A stretch of 63,661 nt of DNA, counting the filler, from Trichomonas gallinae (lineage: Eukaryota), in the NCBI GenBank assembly GCA_008369845.1. It is 12 parts of 12 records of this genome, joined end to end, with 100 filler letters (N's around TTAATTAATTAA, not from the genome) between each part and the next. Parts side by side here need not be neighbours in the genome. Positions count along the whole stretch, not along the records: positions 22,588 to 25,518 come from MRSU01001277.1; positions 25,619 to 27,098 come from MRSU01001279.1; positions 27,199 to 28,489 come from MRSU01001280.1; positions 28,590 to 29,666 come from MRSU01001281.1; positions 29,767 to 30,859 come from MRSU01001282.1; positions 30,960 to 58,272 come from MRSU01001283.1; 6 more parts are not named here. One strand, written 5' to 3'. A program made the position numbers and the translations under genes. Under the pieces are notes generated by a model, which ran no database searches, was not told the DNA's origin, and saw only the letters and a list, made by a program, of their open reading frames with translations. Shown here in pieces: positions 22,588 to 30,961 of this stretch (the stretch's first letter is position 1; the number at the start of each line of letters is the position of its first letter).

Positions 22588-23273
22588 CTTTTTAAAATTG
22601 AGACCCCACCCCTGTTTTAGTTCTGTCACTTTTTGAATACTTTACGTGTCAAATCTGACATGTAACCAGTCACTTTTCGTTCCGCATTTCGGTACAGGAC
22701 AGTTACTGTGCATCAACCTTACAAGACCGTGCATATAATTCTCGAAGGTTTGGGTTCTTGTAACATCAGATAAATTTTCTGTTTCTGATAGCGGAAATGA
22801 AATTCTTTATATGTTGATATGAAGTTCTCGGGTGGGTTTCTTGATAATATTGAAGAAATACCATTGTTTTTTCTTCGGTGAATTGATAGGTACTTTCATT
22901 CATTGTAGGGTCTTGAAAGGCTCTTTCATATGTTCTTATTAATGATATATAAGTTTTTTGAGTGTTGGGTGCAATTGTTTGTGCAATGAAATTTGTTGAG
23001 CAGCAGCTAAACGCGACGCAAAGTTCATTTTTTAATTTAGTTTTTGAGAGAAACCAAAAATTTTAAAGAATTAGTATGATCGCATAATAATATAATGAAA
23101 TTGTTTTTCATTCAAGTTTTATTTTTCGATTTTTTTCGTTCGAAAAATAATATTTGAATGTAAACAATGACATTATATTTTTATTATTTTTAAATTTTTT
23201 GTTTTGTAAACCATTCAAAAGTTCAATATAATTTTACAGCATTTACATTCAATAAATTAGAGACAAAGAATCC

Positions 23274-23336
23274 CATTATATTATCACAAAATTGAGACAG
23301 AGCGAAGCGTAGTCTCAATTTTGTGATAATATAATG
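23274..23336. repeat. Hairpin 1: perfect 25-bp inverted repeat, 13-nt loop containing GCGAAGC
   Basis: cattatattatcacaaaattgagac / agagcgaagcgta / gtctcaattttgtgataatataatg. Confidence 0.95.
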
Positions 23337-23515
23337 CAAAAATAAATTATCTCGGTTAATATAATTTTTTTGTATAAACAATATACATGGCTTATATTAT
23401 ATATGAATATACATTAATCACAATTTTCCAACTTTAGAATTAAACCTGTTAGAAAATTCACTTTACATTAAATTTATAATATTTTACATTACATTTTGTC
23501 ATAAGTTTAGTTGTC

Positions 23516-23596
23516 CTTCTTCTTGCTGTTTCCATTCGATACCCTCGTTCTTCTCAACTAAAAACGAGGGTATCGAATGGAAACAGCAAGAAGAAG
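23516..23596. repeat. Hairpin 2: perfect 34-bp inverted repeat, 13-nt loop
   Basis: cttcttcttgctgtttccattcgataccctcgtt / cttctcaactaaa / aacgagggtatcgaatggaaacagcaagaagaag. Confidence 0.95.
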
Positions 23597-23626
23597 CTTT
23601 CATTCTTGAGAATAATCCAAAATCAT

Positions 23627-23749
23627 CTAATCAAATTTCAAATTGTGCTGAAAACGCCTTACTTAAGGCAGTACTGACAGTTTTAAGTGTATATCCGGCC
23701 AGTACTGCCTTAAATATGGCATTTTCAGCACAAATTGAAATTTGATTAG
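23627..23749. repeat. Hairpin 3: 50-bp inverted repeat with 4 mismatches, 23-nt loop
   Basis: ctaatcaaatttcaaattgtgctgaaaacgccttacttaaggcagtactg pairs with cagtactgccttaaatatggcattttcagcacaaattgaaatttgattag. Confidence 0.95.
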
Positions 23750-23759
23750 CAAAATTACC

Positions 23760-23838
23760 GACAAGAGCAGTCAACAACATTGGGTAGTGATATATATGCT
23801 GAATGTATCATTATCCAATGTTGTTCACTGCTCTTGTC
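23760..23838. repeat. Hairpin 4: 36-bp inverted repeat with 4 mismatches, 7-nt loop
   Basis: gacaagagcagtcaacaacattgggtagtgatatat pairs with atgtatcattatccaatgttgttcactgctcttgtc. Confidence 0.95.
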
Positions 23839-23882
23839 AGAAGTTTATAGTTCTTATTGCGAATTTACGTTAAAAACAGTAT

Positions 23883-23958
23883 GAAATGAAGGTTTACTCA
23901 TATACACTATCATACTATCCGCATAATATGATAATGTATATGAGTAAACCTTCATTTC
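23883..23958. repeat. Hairpin 5: 32-bp inverted repeat with 1 mismatch, 12-nt loop
   Basis: gaaatgaaggtttactcatatacactatcata pairs with tatgataatgtatatgagtaaaccttcatttc. Confidence 0.95.
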
Positions 23959-24262
23959 CTCTACAAATTAAATAATTCGATGTGAGATACAGAGATAAGA
24001 TAATGCATAGTGAAATACTATATTCTATATTCTAGACTATCTATATATATAATAAAATATGATTTTTGTGTGTGATAATTGTATCGATTTTAAATTTCGT
24101 TATAATAAATGTTAATTCAATTGTAAAATAGAAGTCTATATGCCACAGATTATGCTGTAACCAATATGAGATTGGATTAATGACTGTATAAAGAGTTATA
24201 AAAATCGTCTTCTATCTCGGTCATCTCAGCTTTCTGGGACTGCGCTCGAGTATATGACATTA

Positions 24263-25316
24263 TACCCTTATGCATATAAAATTTTGGTTTGCAACTAGGT
24301 GACCTATATGCATTTCCGGTCTCCATATGCATATAGGTTTTGTATGCATATAGGATTTCATATGCATATAGTTTTCCATATGCATTTGTAAAATTAATAT
24401 GCACATAAAGCAATGATTGCACATAAAATTCCATTTGCATATAGCAAAAATCATAACGAAATTATGGCATAGTGTACTGATTGCATTATTTTGATGCGGT
24501 TGCTATAGTGCCGCAAAACAAAGAACTAAGAAAAATGATTTTTAAATGTTGAGCGAAAATATAATATTTTGCATTTCATTAAGAAATTTCTCCGTCAGAA
24601 TAATAATGCTCTTTATAGTTGATTAGTTCAAAAATTACTTCAAATATGTACATTAGAGAAATATTAGCGTATCCATTAGTATTTCGATTTTTTCACAAAT
24701 CTCATCATTTTCACTATAACTGTTAATCATTTGATCAAATAATGTTAATTTTACGGGTAATTTGCTTGTCAAATTCTACATTAAAAAAATGTTCATTGGG
24801 AGTGTTACAGAATGGTGCAGAACTAATATCACAATATATACATATATATGGAGCGTGGGATTTGGGTTAATGCTTTACAACTAAAAATATGACTGTATAT
24901 AATCAATGGTAGTATGAGGAAATCAAGAATAATATTTCAAAACATAAACTAGAACTTATATTTTTTTTACCTTGATGCAACTCAATATATGACTTTGAGT
25001 GTTTTAACAAATGCAATAAAAATTGTTACAGAAGCCTTCCACATATTGATTAAATTAAATATGAAATATCATCGAAATAAAAAAGTAAATTTACTAGTAG
25101 CACATAAGACAAGTATATGCACAAAACAACACAATATGCAATTATGTGCTTTATGTGCATATGAATTTTACATATGCATATAACTTACTCATGTGCATAT
25201 TAATTTTACAAATGCATATGAAATCCTATATGCATATAAAACCTATATGCATATGGAGACCGGAAATGCATATAGGTCACATAGTTGCAAACCAAAATTT
25301 TATATGCATAAGGGTC
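24263..25316. mobile_element. Non-autonomous foldback/MITE-like DNA element with ~125-143-bp terminal inverted repeats
   Basis: 24264-24406 is the reverse complement of 25191-25315 except for 2 substitutions and one 18-bp indel. The TIRs are built from ATATGCATA subrepeats, TA lies on both flanks (24261-62, 25317-18), and there is no credible ORF inside. Confidence 0.8.
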
Positions 25317-25518
25317 TAATATATATAGACATATCTATAACAATAAATGCATTTATTTGAATAAAAGCTTATTTTTAGTCGAAATTATTTAATTACGGTT
25401 CTGACCTTGTCCGGCCAAAGTGTCCAAGTTTAAAAATTCTGTGTCCTAATGTACATTTTTTCAATGAATTTTTGAATTTTTATGAAAACTGTGTCATTGC
25501 CAAGAAAAAAAAGCGAAT

Positions 25519-25618
25519 NNNNNNNNNNNNNNNNNNNNNNNNNNNNNNNNNNNNNNNNNNNNTTAATTAATTAANNNNNNNNNNNNNNNNNNNNNNNNNN
25601 NNNNNNNNNNNNNNNNNN
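25519..25618. other. Artificial contig spacer
   Basis: N44-TTAATTAATTAA-N44. Confidence 0.98.
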
Positions 25619-25624
25619 TTATAA

Positions 25625-25693
25625 TCCAAAAAGGCTTCATTTGTAGGACCGATAAGATTTTAACGTCATTTCTATCGTCGTTTCTACACCTCT
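25625..25693. repeat. Dispersed ~69-bp repeat, copy 2, at contig edge
   Basis: Direct, ungapped match to 63-131. Confidence 0.8.
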
Positions 25694-26232
25694 TTTTTGG
25701 CTCTTTAAAATTAAAAAAATCCAAATCATAGAGTTAAATTAAGGTTATAATTTAAAAGGAAAAACGTTTACATTCAATATAAAAATTGATTTTAAACGAT
25801 TAAAATATATAGTAGTATCTTTTTCTGTTATTTTGTTTTTGAAAAGTGTCTTCAATAAATTTCACAAATTTGGTAAATAATAGCAATTTATTTATTAATT
25901 CATATTTTCATGTGAAAATTCGATTTATTGCCATTTTTCTAATCTGAAATAAAATTTCGTTTACTCCGTAATAGTTACATTATATATCTAATATGCTATC
26001 AAATTATTTATTTTTTAATTCTTGAAAATGTTATTCTAACACATTTTTCAACAAAAAACTATAAAATATTCATTTAATTTATCCAATTACAAAAAAATTA
26101 CGACTCGTGTTTTTGTGAGACATAATTTAAATTGTTGCCAAATTGTTGTTCTTTTAAGATATTCAACAAAAAATGTTTGAATTATCATTCAAAAACCTCA
26201 TGAGATTTTTTACTTCATTTTTTTTCACCACA

Positions 26233-26580
26233 ATGTCAGCAAAATTAAAAGAAATGATCATAAGCTATATTAGAATGGCGCTTGATAAATTGAATTCCTA
26301 TAAAGAATATGAAGATGTCGAACATACAATTCTTTCAGCAATTCAAAAAAACAGGGATCTACCTCAACAGGCAAAAGGTGTTTTAACGTTCATAGCTACA
26401 AAACCAGTTCTGTTTTGTTTCATGCTTTGCTTATTGCCGCAAATTATCATCATTGTATTGAATTTACTTTGCTTGTGGTGCAACTACGCAAAATTCAGAA
26501 GGCAACAAGCAGAATTTGAACTTGAGTCCGAATCGGAGACTCCTTCCAAATCATATAGTTACTCGAAACCTTCAAATTAA
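26233..26580 (+). CDS. Small hypothetical membrane protein
   Basis: Inr-like TCATT near 26215 precedes the ATG at 26233; long hydrophobic stretch VLFCFMLCLLPQIIIIVLNLLCLWC. Confidence 0.7.
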   Translation: MSAKLKEMIISYIRMALDKLNSYKEYEDVEHTILSAIQKNRDLPQQAKGVLTFIATKPVLFCFMLCLLPQIIIIVLNLLCLWCNYAKFRRQQAEFELESESETPSKSYSYSKPSN

Positions 26581-26872
26581 CATTCACATAATCCCGACTC
26601 AAGTTTTAAATGACTTCCTTCATTTATACTATAAGATGAAATCATGTTTATTAGCTAAAATTCTCTATTTTATTCATTTTTCAACAATAGGTATTTTTTT
26701 TCCACCTTATTCCGTAGTAAATACATCAATTTATATATTAAATATTATCTACATACTCGAAATACTAATAAAAACCTCGAATAACGTTATTAATATTTTT
26801 CAAATTATAATTTTTTGATTATTAATACAGAACGATATAATTTGAAAAATATTATACAGCAATAATAAATAT

Positions 26873-27098
26873 TTACTTGCCAGCTGCTGCCTTAGCTTTT
26901 CTCTTGGCTATCATAGCTTGAAGTGCATCATCTGTTGGCTTCACGAGGCCTCCTGGCTTAGGTGGAGCATCTTCGCCTCCAGCTGGCGGTGGTGGTGGCG
27001 GAGGCATTCCTGCTGGCGGTGGTGGTGGCGGTGGTGGGGCTCCAGCTGGTGGTGGAGGCGGTGGGACTCCAGCTGGTGGTGGTGGCGGTGGAGGAACG
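26873..27098 (-). CDS. Poly-proline (FH1/WASP-like) protein, 3' fragment
   Basis: Translates VPPPPPPPAGVPPPPPPAGAPPPPPPPPAGMPPPPPPPAGGEDAPPKPGGLVKPTDDALQAMIAKRKAKAAAGK*; the 5' part is lost in the gap. Confidence 0.85.
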
Positions 27099-27198
27099 NN
27101 NNNNNNNNNNNNNNNNNNNNNNNNNNNNNNNNNNNNNNNNNNTTAATTAATTAANNNNNNNNNNNNNNNNNNNNNNNNNNNNNNNNNNNNNNNNNNNN
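27099..27198. other. Artificial contig spacer
   Basis: N44-TTAATTAATTAA-N44. Confidence 0.98.
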
Positions 27199-28332
27199 AT
27201 AATTTCAGGATTTTTTTTTCATTTTGTTTCTTGTCTCCTGCATGGAGATTATGCCCCAGAAGACGTCTGGGGCATGTTTTACGATAGTATTACAACAGAT
27301 TCATACGCAAATACAGCTGATATTCCAATTCCTTATAAAGAAAACGACAAAATCTACATCTACAACTGCATTTTCTGCAATTTTCATTCAGGATGCATAA
27401 AAATATATGAGGCAAACTCTATTGACTTTCTTCACAGTTCTTGTTTCTTCTATTCTAACTTTGATTCTGAAATAGCAGGAAGTATTTTATTTCACGGGAA
27501 CAATTCAATTGTTCAACACCGATTTTGTGCATGCAATACAACAACATCAGCAGACTATGGTGGATCGTTTTCATTAACCCAGCCTGGTACTACGCTTCCA
27601 ATAAGCACAGGTCCACCGGTTTTATTGAACGAATATGATAATTTTCCAATTTATTTTAACTACTTCGTGGAGTGCTCACTGACACACTGCGATGCGTCTT
27701 CATACGATAACTGGGTTAATGTATTTTATGCAAAATTTGGCAATGGATTATTATCTGCATCAAATTCAAGTCAAAACAGTTGTAAATTTACATCAGGATA
27801 CGTATTCGATAGGTCAAATCCAGTAACGGTCAACTACACGACTATCGCAAACAACACAGCTAAACATAGTGTTGCAGCTCATGGTAATGAAGGATTCTAC
27901 TATTTGAAGACTTCGAACATCATCAACAACGAAATCTCTTCTTCAGGAGAATCAAATGATTATGACAGTGGCATCGTTTACAGCAGTACTTCTTATAAAT
28001 TGACAGTTGACTCATGCTGCCTTTTTGGAAACAAGCCTGGACAAGGAAAATTATTTTATCTTGAAGAATATGCTTATGGCGAATTTATCGTCAAAAACAG
28101 CCACGTTGACTCATTCAGTGCAAATGATGAATATCAAATAGAAAAACAAAATATTATCAAAGATGTTTCATCCTTTTTTCTTCCCCACTTATCAACATAC
28201 AAATGTGAAGCAGAAATCCCACTTCCTCCTTTACATGTCAACACACAACAAATCGTCCAGTTCTTTCCAGTGTTTATCCGTATTCCGAGTCAAACCCCAG
28301 AGGTCTTCTTTGGCGCGGTCTTCACCAGATGA
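27199..28332 (+). CDS. Pmp/pectin-lyase-like beta-helix surface-family protein, 5'-truncated
   Basis: The frame is open to the contig edge (IISGFFFHFVSCLLHGDYAPEDVWG...). N/S/C/F-rich; shares FLHSxCFF, IVQHRF and HLSTYxCEAE with the paralog at 60134-61177. Confidence 0.75.
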   Translation: MISGFFFHFVSCLLHGDYAPEDVWGMFYDSITTDSYANTADIPIPYKENDKIYIYNCIFCNFHSGCIKIYEANSIDFLHSSCFFYSNFDSEIAGSILFHGNNSIVQHRFCACNTTTSADYGGSFSLTQPGTTLPISTGPPVLLNEYDNFPIYFNYFVECSLTHCDASSYDNWVNVFYAKFGNGLLSASNSSQNSCKFTSGYVFDRSNPVTVNYTTIANNTAKHSVAAHGNEGFYYLKTSNIINNEISSSGESNDYDSGIVYSSTSYKLTVDSCCLFGNKPGQGKLFYLEEYAYGEFIVKNSHVDSFSANDEYQIEKQNIIKDVSSFFLPHLSTYKCEAEIPLPPLHVNTQQIVQFFPVFIRIPSQTPEVFFGAVFTR

Positions 28333-28489
28333 CTCATTTTCAATGTTTATATCTTCTTTCTTCTTGAATTTTTTCAAGTCAGAAAACTAAACATTGCTTA
28401 TTCTGTGGGATGTTAATATAATACACGGCGCAAAATAATATTGTAAGTATTCGAAAATCAATTCTTTATAAAATAGTAAAATAATAAAA

Positions 28490-28589
28490 NNNNNNNNNNN
28501 NNNNNNNNNNNNNNNNNNNNNNNNNNNNNNNNNTTAATTAATTAANNNNNNNNNNNNNNNNNNNNNNNNNNNNNNNNNNNNNNNNNNNN
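28490..28589. other. Artificial contig spacer
   Basis: N44-TTAATTAATTAA-N44. Confidence 0.98.
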
Positions 28590-28642
28590 CCGACAACGCC
28601 GCGGATGCCGGAAATTGTAAGCATGAGGGTCTCTGAGCTCAT
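28590..28642 (-). CDS. Phosphomannomutase/phosphoglucosamine mutase-like, 5' fragment
   Basis: Inr TCATT (28651-55, - strand), then MSSETLMLTISGIRGVVG; SGIRG(V/I)VG is the alpha-D-phosphohexomutase N-terminal motif. Runs into the gap. Confidence 0.7.
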
Positions 28643-29005
28643 TTTTTAGAAATGAATCAATTTTTCTTTATCGTTTCATTACCCGACCATTTTAGTTCTC
28701 AATAATTTTTATCGCGAAAATCGAATCCATACAGAACCACATTTCCAAAAATATCAAAATTACTCGATTTGTCTGCGGATTCCAGAAATGGCAATAAAGT
28801 TGTCTGCAAATGTTAAATATAAATGCAGTTACTTGTGTACATGCTATGATATACGGGGAAGTGAGCTGATTTCGAAAGATATTTATTGTCATTAATTTCA
28901 TGAATGTCGTTCTGCGGATTTTAATGCGATATTATTTTTCATTAGGTCCCAAAATATATAAATATGTATTCCGTTAATGAAAATCTTTAGATTTTGAGAG
29001 TTATC

Positions 29006-29095
29006 ACTTTACATTACATCCGACACTTTACATACAAAAATATGACACTTTACATTACATTTAATACTTTACATCATTTACCTTGATACTTTCAC
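29006..29095. repeat. Short tandem motif (g)acactttacat, about 5 copies
   Basis: cactttacattacat, gacactttacat, gacactttacattacat, atactttacat and atactttcac spaced about 18-22 bp apart. Confidence 0.75.
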
Positions 29096-29225
29096 AGCAG
29101 CTGAAACAAATGTATTCCTTTTATGATTGTGTCTTTGATGTATTAGAAACAACTTTTATCTTGATGCTTTAATGATGACAACATTTCAAAAAAAAAATGA
29201 TATATTTGCTATATATTCAATCATT

Positions 29226-29666
29226 TTAGTTCTGTTTGAGTTCGCCACCAATATAGGTGTAGAAACCAGTCTTACCTTCGATGGCTGCCTGTGAAATCTT
29301 TTCTGTGAGTTCCTTTGTTGGCTTTCCATCGCATGTAACGAAGTAAGCGAACTTGCTGCACTCCTTCTGGAAGATATCCTTGAGTTGTTCAAGGCCATTG
29401 AACTGGAGCTTATCGAACAAAACAATCAATGGAAGCTCACGGGCAAAGCAAGCTGCCATGATGTTGAGGACACTAACAAGTGTCTCATCGATCTCCTTAG
29501 ATGTGTCTACAGCCATAAGGACGCCATATTTTGGACGAAGAGCAACCATTTCGGTTTCGAATGTGTCACGATAGATGCCGTTTCCACAGCAAAGGTGGAC
29601 CTTGAGCTGTTTTTCGGCGAAGCTCTCGAAGATTGGGAGAGCAACATCCTTATTTGGAGCAACAAC
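29226..29666 (-). CDS. Hypothetical protein, 3' fragment
   Basis: Frame open from the contig edge (VVAPNKDVALPIFESFAEKQLKVHLCCGNG...GGELKQN*) with strong coding codon bias. Confidence 0.75.
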   Translation of the reverse strand, partial: VVAPNKDVALPIFESFAEKQLKVHLCCGNGIYRDTFETEMVALRPKYGVLMAVDTSKEIDETLVSVLNIMAACFARELPLIVLFDKLQFNGLEQLKDIFQKECSKFAYFVTCDGKPTKELTEKISQAAIEGKTGFYTYIGGELKQN

Positions 29667-29766
29667 NNNNNNNNNNNNNNNNNNNNNNNNNNNNNNNNNN
29701 NNNNNNNNNNTTAATTAATTAANNNNNNNNNNNNNNNNNNNNNNNNNNNNNNNNNNNNNNNNNNNN
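29667..29766. other. Artificial contig spacer
   Basis: N44-TTAATTAATTAA-N44. Confidence 0.98.
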
Positions 29767-30859
29767 AATAATATAATTCTGCTTGACTTACTGTTGCAGA
29801 TATAAATATATAGAAGAACATTATTAAAATTTAATCAATTTGAAAACTAATTCGAATTGAGATTGGTTCTCAAAAGTCGATATTGTTTGGAATATTAATC
29901 ATATAATGGAGTAAATCAATTGAGACTTTCAATTTCAATTTCAAATTATCGATAGAATCCGATCATTTGAATTAATAATATATTTTCCCATTAAATCTAA
30001 TATATTGATTTAAATAAAATAATATGGGTTCAATTAAATTATTACAATTTTCAATTAGCTTGAATAATAAATAATCTTATTATGCATAATATTACTAAAA
30101 TAATATAATATGTCTTTTTTACAAATCCTTACAATCTAAAAATTATTTGCAAATAAAACGCGATTGAATAATATATGATAATAACTACTGTAAATCAATG
30201 AATTTTTAACTTTTTTTTTTTAATCGAGTCAAAAAATTGATGGGCTGCAATTCAATGGATTCATATTTGAATTGTAAATTTATGGATTTTATTTTGTGTC
30301 GTTGTAATAATGCTTCTTTTAAAGAGACACAAGTACTTTTTTCGACGAAAAAACGTATAATTCATGAAATTGAGATACATTATGATGCTGTTTCCAATAT
30401 CGTGCTGCAAATATCAAAATAATTGACATAAAAGAACCTTAAAAATCCCCATACAATTAAGCCAGAACTTTGAATTTGAACAAATATTAAGATTCTATTC
30501 AAGAATATAAACATTGTTTGTTTGTAATTAACAAATTTATGAGTTAATTTACCAAAATTCATATACTCTGATTTAATCATGAATTTGGATAGTAATTTCA
30601 TAGTTACGGATTCAAATTTAAATAACTTTATGAATTTTTTACTCGACAGAAAAATGTAAAAGTTTATCGATTTACAATAACAATTATTATTATTATAAAA
30701 AAGATTATACAAATTATTGAAGACTTTACGATAAAAAGTATTCTTAGTGGTTTCAATTTTGTTACTCATGCAAGCATATTTTTCAAATTGATTAAATTTT
30801 AATAATGTTCTTCTATATATTTATATCTGCAACAGTAAGTCAAGCAGAATTATATTATT
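29767..30859. repeat. Whole contig bounded by a perfect 80-bp inverted repeat (29767-29846 / 30780-30859)
   Basis: aataatataattctgcttgacttactgttgcagatataaatatatagaagaacattattaaaatttaatcaatttgaaaa at the left end and its exact reverse complement at the right end. Confidence 0.95.
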
Positions 30860-30959
30860 NNNNNNNNNNNNNNNNNNNNNNNNNNNNNNNNNNNNNNNNN
30901 NNNTTAATTAATTAANNNNNNNNNNNNNNNNNNNNNNNNNNNNNNNNNNNNNNNNNNNN
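30860..30959. other. Artificial contig spacer
   Basis: N44-TTAATTAATTAA-N44. Confidence 0.98.
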
Positions 30960-30961
30960 CA

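Noticed and set aside
23274..23958. CRISPR-like interpretation of the hairpin array
   Set aside because: No shared direct repeat between units, no cas genes, and a eukaryotic context.
24177..25183. Short ORFs rich in YAY/MHM/CI
   Set aside because: Translations of the ATATGCAT subrepeats and AT-rich interior of the foldback element; no transposase motifs.
26918..27154. Trp/Arg-rich and Val-rich + strand ORFs
   Set aside because: Antisense of the poly-proline coding sequence.
30237..30769. ORFs inside the inverted-repeat-bounded contig
   Set aside because: Composition (N, F, K, I, Y) follows the extreme AT content; no recognisable domain.
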